Positions 26,702 through 40,560 of a stretch of DNA of 64,000 nt are shown here, one piece after another (position 1 is the stretch's first letter; each line of letters opens with the position of its first letter). The DNA is from Ramazzottius varieornatus (Eukaryota; Animalia; Tardigrada), in assembly GCA_001949185.1 (NCBI GenBank), contig BDGG01000024.1, positions 62,001 to 126,000 of the forward strand. The letters are read 5' to 3'. Below the pieces are notes generated by a model. That model saw only the letters and a list, made by a program, of their open reading frames with translations. It was not told where the DNA came from and made no database searches. The position numbers and the translations under genes were made by a program.

Positions 26702-28200
26702 TTAGCGATCGAGAAACTCCAGCGTCAGAACCGAGAAAGTTGCAATGAGCATGAACGTCTGCAAAAGAAAGTAGCAGGTGATTTATTCAGTTTATTAAGC
26801 CTACAAGTTCGTTAGGCGGTAACTTGCTCATGTTTTTACCGTCGTCACCGACGCCCTAGTGATATGGAAGAGCTCAAAGATGTGGAAGACCAAGGGACTA
26901 GCGCTAATCCTGCGGTCCAGAGTGTTGATCAAGCTTTTCAAGTGACGATCCTGTGTTACGTGCGAAACAGTTTTTCGAGAGATAAAATCAAACTGACCTC
27001 GTTGAGATGCGAATCTATAAACGGCTTACCGTGGGCGACTCCGGTGCTTTTATGGACTTGGATACTCTCAAGCTAACTACCTTTTGCCATAGACGTAAGT
27101 CCTGGAAAAACATATATAACCGTTCTTCCTTGACCACAGGAGTTCGCTGGATTCTCAAAGCCCACCTTCTCATGAACCAGAATCAGTACCACAGTCATTA
27201 GTAGGATTCGGACGCTGACGCCGATGGTCTGAATGAAATATAATACGGCAAATTCCATACTGACGTCCTGCTGGTTCTTAGACGATAGAGTGCTAATGAC
27301 CGACATGGCGTAGCCCAACATGACAATCACGTCCGACCCATAGGCAGCCCCGTAAATCAACATAAAAGAGTTGTTGATCTCTTCCCAGAGACTGCGCACG
27401 TCTTCGCACTGAAGGATCAGACACTCCATCAAACCACACTGCTCAGCCGAATTTGCTACGTCGCAACTAGATTTTTTGATTGAATCTAACCCACTACCAA
27501 TAGTTTGCAAAAGCCTTGCCACCACCATTGCCCAAAGACTTAGCATGATAATAGGCTGATCGGAGAGGAGATGGGACAACATACAGAAAAATATTCCAAG
27601 TCCTGTTCGGCGCCATATTGTCCTCACTGGGTCGGCGACGGCGAATGGATCGTCGTCCAGTGTTTTATTCATGCGTTCTGCTGTCTTCACCGCTTGCAGG
27701 GTGTTTACCACACTCATGACTGTAAAGGGGAACTGTTCAACTGCCAGCAGTATAACAGCCAGAAGTACAGCAAGACGACTTGCCAGTCTCCATTTCACGA
27801 TTTCTTCAGTTGTAAACGTTTTTATTTTCAGGAAACCAGCGTGTAAAAGACGAAGAATATGAGGAAACTTGAAGAAAAGTATAGTCAAGACAAGAGGTCC
27901 TCTCCAACTGACAGCAATACTTGGCAACAAAGAGATCAGATTACGCAGACCGATCGGAGGTTTGATTTTTCGGAGGGTTGAAACGAAAATGGTAATGTCG
28001 TAAGCCCAAAAACTCCAGCCTCCTGCAATATATAGGATACCCAGTACGAACCACAACCACGAAGCGACAAGGAGGAGAAATTTTTTGCCGGATCGATTTA
28101 TATGCCGTACTCTAGGCAGGATGAAAGGAGAAAGCACCAGTAACTGCAAAGAAAAAACCCTTTTGAAAGATGGTGATTTCGAAGAGCTCATTTTTTTCAT
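26702..28200 (-). CDS. Gustatory receptor-like 7TM chemoreceptor, exons 28200-27166, 27101-27030, 26950-26840, 26758-26702 (~424 aa)
   Basis: Multi-TM first exon, three phase-0 introns clustered near the C-terminus, and TM7 'FHITRASVTT|TFMLIATFSVLTLEF' resembling the GR TYxxxLxQF motif. Confidence 0.8.
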
Positions 28201-30442
28201 GGCATTAACAGAATGCTGCTTTCACGACCAAAGAATAATTAACAGTGAGCTTCTCTTTGGCTAGTGGTTTTGCAAAACGGCGGTTGTTTTCGCAGTAGCG
28301 TTTTGGCTTTTAGTCTTGTGTGTGACCATGCTTCTGGGACGTCATAGCCGTCACCTCCTCTGAGAACGAGCCGTCGCATTCCGAACCGACCAAGGAAATG
28401 TTACGCACACTTCGATCAGCAAGAATGAATTGTAGATAAATATGGGAAGGGCAGAGCTAATGCTGTTGTAAACACTGGCTCTCGAGCGTTAGGTCTCTCT
28501 TGTGTACCACAAGGACTAATGATTCTGTAATGCAAAGTCCATGCAACGTTTTGAGCAAACACTGAAATAGCTCAGTTGCACCAGACGACTGATGTTTACG
28601 GCGCAGCACGCGCTAGCGGATAACTTAAAGCAACCAACTGCGGCGATTTGTTCGCTACTGCGCATGTATCCTAATTTATTTATACTGCCATCCATTTATT
28701 TTGAGTGTACGCTCTTGCATTCGCCCAATTTCGGTCCGAACTGGTTCAAACTTTGCCCAGATTTCAAAAATGTAGTCTAGCTGTTCACAACGTGGATATT
28801 TGTTTTAGTTTTTTATCTAGCGGTACAAATTTTGATTGTTTCTTGCAATTTTACGCCGCCTGCATGTTTTCAGAATGCAGCTCATAGCCTGGAAAACTAG
28901 CAAATAATTTAGACTGCTCTTTTCCCGACGTCTGTGTGCGCTGCCACAAAGAGCTTCCTGTGGTACTTTTCTCGATGGTCACAAGCGAAGAACTTGACAA
29001 GGTTCATCCTAGTTCCGTCCACTATTTGAAACTTGGTGGTCCAGACTTAGTCGAACTTACCTATGTTTCGCCGATCTAATCTTTCTGGGGTTTCCCAGCG
29101 GATCGTTCGCTCCCAAAGTCCCCATGTAAATCTGTAGACCGTGTTCGGTGGGCTAGATGTTTCCCGAAAGTTTGGTGCACGACTTTGGCGAAACCAGCCT
29201 GACCAAACAAACGAGCTCCAGAACTTCCCCGGTACCCGCATAACGGTGGGACAGCACAAGCATACTGCTCGAACATTCCTGCTAGCTTTTAGTACGTTTG
29301 ATGACGGAGGAAAACAAGTAGATGTGGTACAGGCAGTCACACCACCGGTAAGAACCGCACCGCAGTTAGAGTTGCGACTGCGGTATCCCAAGTAAATGAA
29401 GAAGTCAAGTGGTGCCACCCTACAGCGCAGTCTTGTAGTCTCCACGCCGGATATTTTCACTTGTAATCTCCGTGCCGTCTATGGAGTGAGACAATCGTGG
29501 AACTCATTGTATACAGCTCCAATGCGAAGGGTGCATACCCAGAAACCAAGCTCGGGGTGCCAGCAGAGTAGACGGCTCACGCACTGGTTGAAGAAGAAAT
29601 CGATTGGAGGCCTCGGTCTCACACCCCATAAAATTGTGTGCACGCTCCTAGACTAAATATCATCATGGGCCACGGAGCAAAAGACGAACGGTCCAGTTGA
29701 AGCCAGCCAACGTGTCAAATCAATCGGAACAGCGCCGTGTTCGCTCCGCGGCCCACAGTTTCGTCTATGTTCACATAAAGGCCAGGTGCGTGTACTATGC
29801 ACAGAAGGGTGCAAGCGTTCCTCGCTTTATGTGCACAAAACATCACGTCAGTGCATAACTGCTAGCCCAAGCCTTGGCTCGTAGCACCTACCTACTGCAC
29901 TATCGTATCCCTGGTCGCTCAGTGGTTACAAGTCAAGTGGGCGCCAGTGAACCGTTGAAACGTTAACCGGACTTTCGATATGACCGAGGTACGGCTCCGA
30001 TAGCGGTTATGGAAATATCTGTGACTCCGGGCACAGAGAGCACAGCAGATATTCTTTTGATTATTATAACTTGTGATGTCGAAGGACAGGGCAGCGATCA
30101 GCCTTCGCTATCGCACGCTAGACAGTGGTGGTTATGATCAGCCCCGGCCGATGTGCAGACTCATGCGTTGATTATCAGCACAGTGGTATTTCATGGTCCA
30201 ACTTCCACATGTGACACTGATACAGTCTCGCAGATCCTGATTGTTGTATCAGAGAAGAAATGGCAGATTAGATTATGTGCATAATTTATCAGTTGGGAAG
30301 CCTTGCATCAGCGTGGAAGCTCACGTGCCTTTGCACAGGTAAAGGTTATCCAGAACCAGGATATCCAAGGCGCCATTTAGCTCTGCGATAACCAAGCGGC
30401 CCGTTATTCGATCTCCCGATGCCGGTGTGGAAAGCTCGTAGG

Positions 30443-30451
30443 TATATAAAA
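30443..30451 (+). promoter_or_regulatory. Candidate TATA box of the CYP gene
   Basis: TATATAAAA about 140 bp upstream of ATG 30582. Confidence 0.45.
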
Positions 30452-30581
30452 TACGAAGAAGAAAAACCTTCATAGTACGTGTAGTTCAGAAGAGTGTTCA
30501 GTTCTAAACAGGTGTAACGGTTTTGCACAGTGCTGTTTGTCGATAACTACGATAGATACCGGTATAATTACCGTTTTGAGA

Positions 30582-32449
30582 ATGATCAGCTTGGCTGCAC
30601 TGTGCATCGGGGTCGCGACACTTCTCTTCGTGACCTTGTTGTATTATCGCCGGAAATGCGAGAACGACCTGCTACCTCCCGGCCCTCCCGGTAAGTACGT
30701 CTTGGAAAAGTTTTGGCCATGTTGGAATACGGGAAGTTCTAATACGAGGGTTTGGCTTTCTGTCCTGCAGGTTTGCCGTTATTAGGAAACCTTGGTCTGT
30801 TAAGGGGCAGTGGGATCGACAGACTGCGCCACTTGGTCAAGCTAGTCGATACTTACGGTCAGAACGGCATGGCGACGCTGCAGTTTGGACCAGGAAAAAA
30901 TAATCGAATGGTTTTCATCAAGGATCATGACACGATCAAACGTGCTCTTAGCAAAGATGAATTTTCCGGAAGACCAAAAACGTTCCTCAGAGACAGCTAC
31001 TATCAAGGACAGGGTAATCCATGCTACCCGTGCGATCACTGGTGAACTATTGTGCGTTACAAGTAATGCGCAGTGCATTTTAGGAATCGTTTTTGCTGAT
31101 GGGGAACTGTGGGCGGAACACCGGCGATTCGCAATAACGACTCTTCGAAACTTCGGCATGGGCAAGAGTAGCCTGCAAGAGCTGGTACTGGGGGAAGCTC
31201 GAGAGCTTGTCAACGCTTTCAAGGCATTTGAAGGGAAACCCGTCGCGCCCTCAGCGGTGATACTTCCCTCTGTTTGCAATGTCCTGTGTGGTATCTCTTA
31301 CGGAAGGCGCTTTAGCCATCAAGATGCACGATTTATTCAGCTGACCAAGCTTACTGAAGAAAACCTGTACCTTGCTGCCAAATGCCAACCTTTGGATTTC
31401 TTCCCGTACTTACGACACATCCCTTTCACAAACTACAAGACTATGATTCAGAAATGGACCAATAACCAAGACCAGATCGGTGACTTCTTACAAGCGCTTA
31501 TTGTCGAGCACAAACGTAACTTCCGGCCCAGCGAAGACGAGCCGACTGACTACGTCGACGCTTTCCTCAAGCAACAATTCGTCGAGAAGAACAAACCTGA
31601 TTCTACATTTACAGGTGCTTACATTGGAATCGCATCTGCACTTTCCTCGCTCAATTTCTTTGCCTGTCTTGCAGAGCGTCAACTACTTCGTTCCATTAAT
31701 CCATTTGTTGGCGCCGGAACTCAGGCAACTTCAACCACCCTATGCTGGGCTATTTTCTTTCTGCTGGACAACCCTGACGTCATGACCAGAGTACAGAAGG
31801 AAATTGACGGTGTTTTGGGAGAGCGGCTCTTCCCCCTCCTGGAGGACAAAGGTTACTACTGTCTCCATCGTTATTTATGCCTTTTCCTACCGTCTCGAAT
31901 GTTTTTTTATATTTCTAGAGCGACTTCCCTACTGTCAAGCAACAATTACGGAAGTTCTGCGTTTGGGAAACATGGTTCCTATTCCCGGGCGTAGCACGGT
32001 GGATGTGGCCGAGATTAATGGATTCATTTTGCCCAAAGGCACAAAAATCGCTCCACTGGTCATTGCCGTCCATGAAGACCCGACCTTGTTTCCTGAACCA
32101 ATGGCATTTAAGCCGGAGCGTTTTCTTGATCAACACGGACAGTTCGTCAACAAGGTTGATTGGCTGCTGGCCTTTGGATCAGGTACCTTGCTGATGGCAC
32201 TTAACTGGGCTGGGTAAATACCATTCCGATCGAGACCAGGACGTCAGAGCGGCTGGTTTTTTTCCAGGTAAACGGCTTTGTTTGGGCGAGGCACTGGCCA
32301 GAATGGAACTTTTCATCTTCTTCGTGACATTGGCCAGAAACTTTACCTTTGGACCGATACAAGATGGAGACGTGCTACCGGGACATGTGCTGACACAGAT
32401 TGTGAACTGTCCCAGACCGTTCCGCACCTCCTTCACACCACGCGCATAA
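30582..32449 (+). CDS. Cytochrome P450, CYP2 clan; exons 30582-30690, 30771-31013, 31084-31614, 31675-31851, 31919-32182, 32268-32449
   Basis: TM anchor + PPGP, WxxxR 'WAEHRRF..LRNFGMGK', EVLR, FKPERF, heme motif FGSGKRLCLG; all introns GT-AG and in frame. Confidence 0.95.
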
Positions 32450-32714
32450 CTTGTGAGACCGACGGTTAACTGGAAGTTTCCTGTTGTCCAGTCCAGACTT
32501 ATCATATTCTTTGGTTTATACTGATGGTTGCGTCATTAAAGTTTTCGAGATCGGTCAACCGATTTGCCAACTCCAGAGAATCGGAAATGCGTAGTTGCTG
32601 GTGTCCACAGAGTTAAAACCATTTTTGAGATCATCAGGACGAAACAAAGAAGCAAATAACAACGCCTTGACCGTCATATCCGTCTTGCTCTTGAATAATC
32701 CAGTGTCATTCTCG

Positions 32715-32910
32715 AAAGTAACTCTTGATATACGTAACAGACGGAATGAACATTGCTGCCGTAATACTGTATTTTCACCAACTGCAACGCTTAGCAGTCG
32801 AAAGGAAATTACATTTCTTTTATGAGAAGCCCGAACGGAAATATGGGACCTTGCCTCTTCACCGAAAAGATGAGGGCTGGCCCCGCTTGGGGTTCCTTTT
32901 CAGGTGAGAC
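32715..32910 (+). repeat. Dispersed direct repeat, copy 1 (copy 2 at ~38970-39160)
   Basis: Shared blocks CAACTGCA.CGCTT.GCAGTCGAAAGGAAAT.ACATTT...AACGGAAATATG.GACCT.GCCTCTTCAC; roughly three-quarters identical by eye. Confidence 0.7.
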
Positions 32911-35900
32911 TAACAACTAATGGATCCGCCCATGAGCCAAGCAGTTCATTCTAGTTCCTGGTCGAGGCTCGAACAACCTGTTGGCGAAAGCCAGAACGCC
33001 ACGAAACGAGACTGGCTAGTGCGCACACGCGCAGACCGTATGCGCTAGTAATACTGCGCATTTTTTGAAGGGGCGACTGGGCGAGACATAAAGATGACGC
33101 ATCGGGTCTCGAAAAACATCGTGGCGGTGAGTGACCGAACAGACAAAACTAAGATTCTTAAAAAATGTCGGCCGTGTTTCTTTAGTCACTAAATTGCATT
33201 AGTTTACAGAAAACATTGTTTCCTACTTGTCTGAAAGTATCCTTAAGGGCACTTGGGACGCCGAACACCATTGACAGGAAAACAATCTTGTCCGCGCGAG
33301 CTGTAACAAATTTCGATATCTAGACTGCTAATAGGATAGACGAAACACTTGGTGATGATGGCCAAGTGAGTTTGTACGCGCACCGTTGTTCATGTCTCAG
33401 CAACATATGGAATTATGAAATTCGTCGATTTCGGCTAACATTTTGGTGTCGGCGGCCGAATTCCGTAACGATCTTTTTTGCTTCCAAACTACCCTTTTCT
33501 GACATCAAGTTGTTGCGAATATCGATAACAAGATCGTCATCCTCCATGACGCAGAAAATGCAGCGAATAAAACCAATGCCAAAAGTAGTTCCTTCGACAA
33601 GCGAAGAAAATTGAATAAAGCGGCGAAGTTTGCACCTTGATCACTAATTCGCTATTACAGCATACTGTTCCTTTGGATGTTTTGATCAGAAGAATAACAC
33701 GTATCCTTCGAAACACCTTCTGTGATCTGTGCGGCTCCCTGTCTGAACTGCATATCTGGTGCTCAAGAGCATCTCATAGAATGAGAAAGTTAACGACTTG
33801 TGTAACTGACACCTGCTTGCAGGATGGCCTGGGTAATGGCCAGTGGTCACTCGCCCAGAACAGTATGGGCGCTGCTTTTGGCAACGGCAAGAGTTGGCCA
33901 CGGAAGAGTGAGTGGCGTTGTCAACAAGCAAGACTTGCGGTACTCGGTCTTCGAACTGAGTTTGCACGCTCTGCGTAATCGCGTAAATGTTGGCTTAAAA
34001 TCTAAACCGTAGAGAACCCTAGTTAAAAAAATATAATAGCAACTTCCGTATCGCTGTGACGTGGTTCTCAGCATACACCGTGCCATCCGCGCGAAGTAGC
34101 CTTTCCCGGCGAAGTAAAAGTAGCCAATCAAGATCTCAATCAAGCGTCTGCGCTTTGCATGATGTAGTACGCGAAGAAAAAGTAAAATTTCCAAGTCAAA
34201 GGCTGGCCAACCTAATGGCCTGCCGTCCACATCACATTCAAACGGCAATGCCGCAGCTGTGTTCCCCCATGCCGTTAAATCACCTGAATTTACGCACTGT
34301 GTGTTTGCTTCACGTAAATTTCATCATAATTCGACTTTTCCTGTGGCAGTGATCTTCCAGTGAAGCACTTGCGACGAACTTGCTCTGGATATCGAACGAA
34401 GTAGTTCAGCTGTATCACGAGCTAAATTCGGAAAAGGAACGGAGCCGAGCTACCCCGAACTGGGCATCTTCTCGACGAAAGGAGGTGAGGTGAAAAAACG
34501 TGCAGTAGGACGTTCAAGCACACACTTGCTATAGCCTCTAGGACCAATACCGAATTTCAACCAATCAATTGCTTTCTGCAAATACTTTTCGTTTCGGAAA
34601 ATATTTCTGGACGAAGAACCTGAGTTCTGGAGCCGACCAAATTCTGTTTTTCGAAAATTTGTACCCCGGTCTGTCATTTACTTTCCATTTTCCGGTCCGG
34701 ATAATCGTGGGATATACCCCTTTTAAGCCGTCTGCTGTAGCGGTCCTTCGTACTGGATATTTTTAGTTTTGTATTTCACCTGCGTCTCACTTTGCCATTA
34801 TTCCGAACCGGACTTCACAACCGATCCTGATTCAACTAACAAGTGGAATTGCACTCTGAAGAAGTTTTCTGTGTTCTGTATTGCAGGTATGTAAAAACGG
34901 GACCTGCCAGAGGGAGGGAGTTCGAGGGAGGTCAGAAGAAGCAGGCGAAGCCGTCCGATGTGGAGACGTTCCAGTGAGTGATCCGACAGTCACTTAACCC
35001 TGAAATTCTGTTTGGATCACAGTTTGTAGTTCCAGGTCCAACGATGCGAACCCGAAAGCGGGAGAGCGCTGTGGAGGAAGCCGAAAACCCCGAGAAGAGA
35101 CGACCAGAGAACATCCACAAAAAAGGTTCGTTTATCTTGCCCGGTTGCGTTTTGCGAATTTCTGACTTGAGGGGTATACCCTATTCGATATATCTGTTGT
35201 CTTGTCAAACTTCATCCTGGTGCAATTTCCGGACAAGATGGCTCTGACTCTGGATACGAAAGCCGCCAAGACAACGACGAAAAGGGATGTGGACGAGGGT
35301 GTTTCCTACGACCAGTCTCTGGTTACAGGTGAGCAGATTATCGTTCGCCATTCGGGGAAGATAGACGCGAAGCAACAGTCTTCTGAAGCCACGGTTGTGA
35401 TCATCACTGCGAGCAAAACTGTAACTGAAGATCTACAAAGACTTTGGACGAGCAAGCCAGGAAAGCGATGGTAAAAGGATGCCATATTTTTAGTCAATCT
35501 CTGCTGTCAAGGCTTTCTTATCGAAATAATTTTCGGAAAATCGTGCCAAAGAAACCCTCCGGTCAGTTGGCTCCCTCCAAGATTCAGAATGAGCCAGCCT
35601 CCTTATCCGATTACCAAACAGGTAGTGGCGACAACGCAACACAAACCTCGGACGAAAATTCTGTCAGCCGAACGGCATTGTCACCACGAAAGGTAACTCG
35701 CTGGTTGTACTGCAATGAACCTCCGGAAATTTTAAAATATTTTTTCATGATGTCTTCGGAGTTACCAGGTGCTCCGGCCTCTAAGAAGCACTCTCTGGGG
35801 TGTACCCTTAATGATCCTGATGATGCAGAATCTTCTGCCCAGTAAGATATTCAATTATAGCAACAATCTAATTTATTACAGATTGTGGATTTCGGTCTTC

Positions 35901-38900
35901 CTATAAATTCACTTGAATAGTTGATTTTCACACTGGAGCAGCATCGTGGAATTCTCTGGACGAACGTGTATCATCATCGCCGGCGGAGTCGGACGATCGG
36001 AACGTTCGTGGAGAGCGAGACAAGGAGAGCACTCCAGAAACACCGCATGAGCTGGTGGAAGCTTCTTCGGGGTACACCTCTTATCGGAAAGCAACCAAGG
36101 TAGGCAAAATTGCATGCTTTCGTTCTTGATTGATCCTGCTGTTCGGCTTATCTCTTTTGTTCCGGAAACAAGAGACTAACCGGCAAATACCATCGACAGG
36201 ATGCCAGTAAGACGTTGTGTACCATTTTTGATTCAGCATAAAATTACGCTGTGAAGATCCTGTTCCAGCGACCTCTCACGGGAACGTTTCGGTGCAATCC
36301 TGGTGGTCTAAACCATCCTACCCTCAAATCTAGTCAGGAGGAAGTAGCCTATCCCGACACTGCCAAGAGATTGCAGTTAAGCTGCCAAAACAGACTGGTA
36401 CGTTTGAGAACTTTTGAGTTAAAGTGCAACGTCTCGCCTCCTTAAGTCTTTAACTTACAGACGGCTCTCTTGGCCATCCTGAGTCACACTCCGCAACCGG
36501 AAGTCAAAGTTCCTCGACTCCCCTTCAAGCGCAGTATCCAAAGCCAACCTCCAGACCTGTCTTCGACCACGAAAAATTCCCGCATTTTGAGACGACTCGT
36601 TCTCTAAAACGTTATCTACGCTTACTCAGAAACTTTATGAAAACTTTTATTAGTATCTTCACGTTCGAAAAAACTAACTATACTCAGCATGCTGTTTGTA
36701 GGCGAGCTGAATCCTAATCAGCTTAGGATCGTGGATGAAACCAGGCTGTCTCTGAAGACGGGAGGCTTCGGAAAGGTGGAGCAGTTCCCTGGAAGCGACG
36801 TGTGGGTCTGCGGCACTCGCTTCAAGACCTTCAGAAGTGAACTCCACAAGAACTCTTTGACCGACGCGGTCGAGTTAGCTTTGCTGTTCTTTAGTTCAAG
36901 GCACAACGCTTTGGATTTGTTCATGGGTCGCGGATTCGGGCTTCAGGCAACCCTGGGCAGTGGTGTCATCACTGACATTGTCGGTAAGAGAAGTCCCGTT
37001 TTGCCGCTCTGTCAGGTTAGCTCAGCCTCTAACAGCGATGTTTTTCTCAGGCTGGATAAACTCCTTCCATCCAGCTGCCGTGCACGACCAGTACCGAAGT
37101 AGTCACGGCGTTTGGCAAACGCCTATACAACATGAGGAAGAGTATGGACCCTGGCGAGGGTACTTCAGGAGTACACTCCAAAGATCTGGTTTTCGAATCT
37201 GATGACGAACCTTTGTGAAATGTCTCGCTGTTTATTTAATTAGCCTTCCCTTTCTATAACTTTTATTAAGCATCCAAAGTTGAGAACGACGTAAGGTTTT
37301 CGTTGTTTGAAGGATAACTTTCCGAGCTGAGGATGTCCGTAAGAAAATTGAGAACCGGTATCACCCGACACTTCCGCTTCCGCTAAATAAATTCTTCTGA
37401 ATCCCCTCCCGGACGTGCGATAGGGACGCGATGAGGTATATGACGGAGGACATACCTGATCGCATCCGTTTGGTATCATTTTTGTAATGTGGGGGAGGAA
37501 TCAATGTATTTTCCGGTACCAATATCTCTGTTGCAAAAATAAGCGCTCGTTCATGAAAACTGCTCGTCTCTAGTGCTCTTAAGCCAAATAACCGTTTATT
37601 TCTCCAGGAAATGCTTCCAATGTTGTTGCTGAAAGCTACCTTTGCACGGTTGTCGAACTCTGTAAGTCAACACAGAAATCACCAACGCGACATGACAGCC
37701 GACCGTCAGGCTATTGGTCCATCCGGAACTCGTTCGGACTTGGTCAGAGTTCTTGAATTCTCCCGCAGTCTGAGTTACCGGTACGCAATTTTCATAGGCT
37801 ACTCCTGAGAGCCAGAAATGAAAGTACTTGGTTACTCGTCTCCGCATTAGCAAGAACCATTTATCACATGATCAGTATTCAGCCCTCATTGCAAACCGAA
37901 AACAGGGAACTTTCATTTCACTGAAAACATAGCATGCGTCCGCAGTGCGCTGTCTACTGGACATCGTGCATCTTCGAGACACGGCCAGTCAAATCGATCG
38001 AGGCCTGCAGGCCGAAGGGAAGAACTAACGCAGATACTCGAAAACGGGACGGAGTGGTCAGTGGTGAAGGGTGGAAGTTGCAGGGGTGCACATCATGAGA
38101 CCTTCATCCGGCGAAGAGATCGGTGAAGATCGGTTTCCTCGGTGCTGAGGGGCTGTTCCCGATGAAGTGCTGCGTTAAGCTTCATCTGGTAACTCACTGC
38201 CTGTTGTTTTGAAGAGACTGGATCTGTTTAACACTGAAAGGAGAATTTCTCGGTGAAAAAAAGCCCTTCTTGCTGTTTTTCTCTGTCAAACTACTTTTCT
38301 AACAGTAAGATCTTCCGAAATTGTTTGCTTTTAGCGGTCTGCGCTGGCGTTTTGATGGATTTCACCTTATGTCTGTACCACGTCCGTGTAACGGATAAAA
38401 AACGTCTAATCCTTGTAAGACAAGGGCCAGTTTCCGCACGCGAACTAACGGTGTCGTGAAGACATCAAAGCACACTAACGGCTTCCAATCCGCCGTTGAA
38501 GCCGTGTTCGCTTTCCGATGAGGGCAGGACGGAACCAAACGGCAAAATACAGTGAATCAGAGAGACGGTTCGGAACACACAAACGAGCCACGGAAGCAGT
38601 ATTCCATTAGCTGATCTTTCTGGACCAGTTTCCTTCGGAGAAACTGTGCTGCACTACGTGGTGACACATCAGGCAAACATAGGCGGCTAAAATAGCGCAG
38701 CTGCTCTCTGTACAGCACATTATGCTTTATAATTGAAGCGGCGGCAGGTTTCCGGCAAGGACCATCGGACACAAAGCAAATCTTCGACGTCAGGACTCCG
38801 TATGATTTAACGGTAACAGCTACAGGCGCCAGTCCACAGACAGGCTGCTTCAAGGCTGGCGCAGATGTTTTCCTGATACCTCGGCACAGTCAGTATTAGA

Positions 38901-39434
38901 ATCAGTATCACTTATAAAAACCTCAATGGAGATACCCCTCTTGCTCTTGAATAACCCGATGTCATTTCCGGAAGTAACACCAGTTGATACCTAGCAGCCG
39001 GAATACACATCGCTGTCATCGTGTTTTTCTCAACTGCAGCGCTTCGCAGTCGAAAGGAAATCACATTTTCTCTAGCGAGAAGACCCAACGGAAATATGAG
39101 ACCTGGCCTCTTCACGGAAAACATGGGGGATGGTGCCGCGTGGGACTGCTGTTCGGGCCAGACTTAAAGCTGATAGAAGCCACTTCTTCTATGTTAGTTT
39201 CTAGATAGGCCCACTGTTCCCATCGCCTATGTCAGCATCGACGTTGCCATTTTTATACCAACCTACGGTTTCCTCACGAGTACTTAACCTCCGTGTGGAT
39301 CAAATGACTTGAATTCTACCAGAATTTCCAAACTGGACGTTCTGGAATTGGAAGAATTTTTCTACTATTACAGCCACAAGTCGATTAGCCTGATGTTTGA
39401 TATCATATACGGCGGCGTCAACCAACCGCAGAAC

Positions 39435-39841
39435 ATGAGTCACAACAATTCATTATTACATGCCAATGACAACAATACATCCACGCCGTCATGGTGGACT
39501 GCCACACCGGTGTGCTTTCTGCTGATCATGGTCATTTTAACGACACTGAACGGAACCTTACTTTACGTCTTTGCTCGCAACCAGAATCTGCGCACGACCT
39601 TCAACGTCTACGTTGTTAGCGTCTTACTGGCCAATTTGGTAGAAACGCTGGTGCAGATGCCATTAAACCTGGCGCATTACCTACACTGGCTGAGTGTTAC
39701 GGCATGCCCTTTCTACATCTACAGCGCAGCTGTGCAAGCCGTTGTGGTTTGCTCACACACGCTCATCACCTTGAATCGTGTTTGGGCGGTGACGGCGCCG
39801 GTGTCCTATCGAAAGTATCACCGGATGAAAGTGTCGCTGGC
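39435..39841 (+). pseudogene. 5' half (TM1 to ICL2) of an intronless rhodopsin-like GPCR disrupted by the Maverick
   Basis: MSHNNS...'LNGTLLYVF','LRTTFNVYVVSVLLANL','ITLNRVWAVTAPVSYR..KVSLA'; homology stops exactly at the TIR. Confidence 0.9.
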
Positions 39842-39948
39842 AGTAGTAAATGTACATCAGACATATGACAAAAATAACGGCTGTGTCCTACTCGGCGCCA
39901 TTTCCGGACAAAGAGGCCATAGGCAGTGTAAGAAGTCGGCTTGAGAAA
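39842..39948 (+). repeat. Left TIR of the Maverick
   Basis: Reverse complement of 61715-61821 with 2 mismatches. Confidence 0.95.
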
Positions 39949-40434
39949 AGTCACCTTGCATTGCTGGAGTAAAAAGTACACCTCTCAGGTCGACTTCTTA
40001 CGCTGGCTATGGTCTGACAGCCGATACCTTCTTAGTCGGGTCTACGTCATCGTACCAAGGCTACAGACATACATCCTTACTCATTTCATCGTTTTATTTC
40101 ATATTCTACCGAAAACAAATGACATCATAGGGTACGGGAAAAGATTTTCCCTGGCTACCTTTCTCAGGCAGCATCTTGATTTTAGTGAGAAAGGTGTAGA
40201 TACTTTTAGCACAGGCATTATGGGCGCAATTTTCACAGCAAGGAGATGAACCTTCGAAATACAAAACTAGATCGATCGTGCAGGTTACTAGATGTATATC
40301 TTTTTTGGTGGCGAAGAATATTGGGGTGCCCAGTCCCAGGATCACGAGCATCTTTCGGACAATGGCCGGATAGGAGGCGTCCATGAGTTCTGGTATCACT
40401 GAGCCAGGATAAAAAGCATGGCTTAAATTTTCTG

Positions 40435-40560
40435 ATGCTTATCAGGAGGGTGGATTTTTCCGTGCAGATATTTACCGCGAGGTTGGATTTTACCACGCAG
40501 ACGATTATCGAGAAATTGGATTTCAGCATGCAGATGGCTATCAGATGGACGGAATTTACG
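40435..40560 (+). repeat. Degenerate 33-bp tandem repeat (~4 units)
   Basis: Reads SDAYQEGGFFR/ADIYREVGFYH/ADDYREIGFQH/ADGYQMDGIY in one frame. Confidence 0.55.

Noticed and set aside
29141-29656. LINE RT remnant (GGLGL motif)
   Set aside because: A single short motif is insufficient.
30885-31994. 369-aa ORF as a stand-alone P450
   Set aside because: It reads through introns; the spliced six-exon model is needed to include the heme motif.
39309-39944. 211-aa ORF as a complete GPCR (likewise 61475-62074)
   Set aside because: The C-terminal part reads through the Maverick TIR; these are two halves of one split gene.
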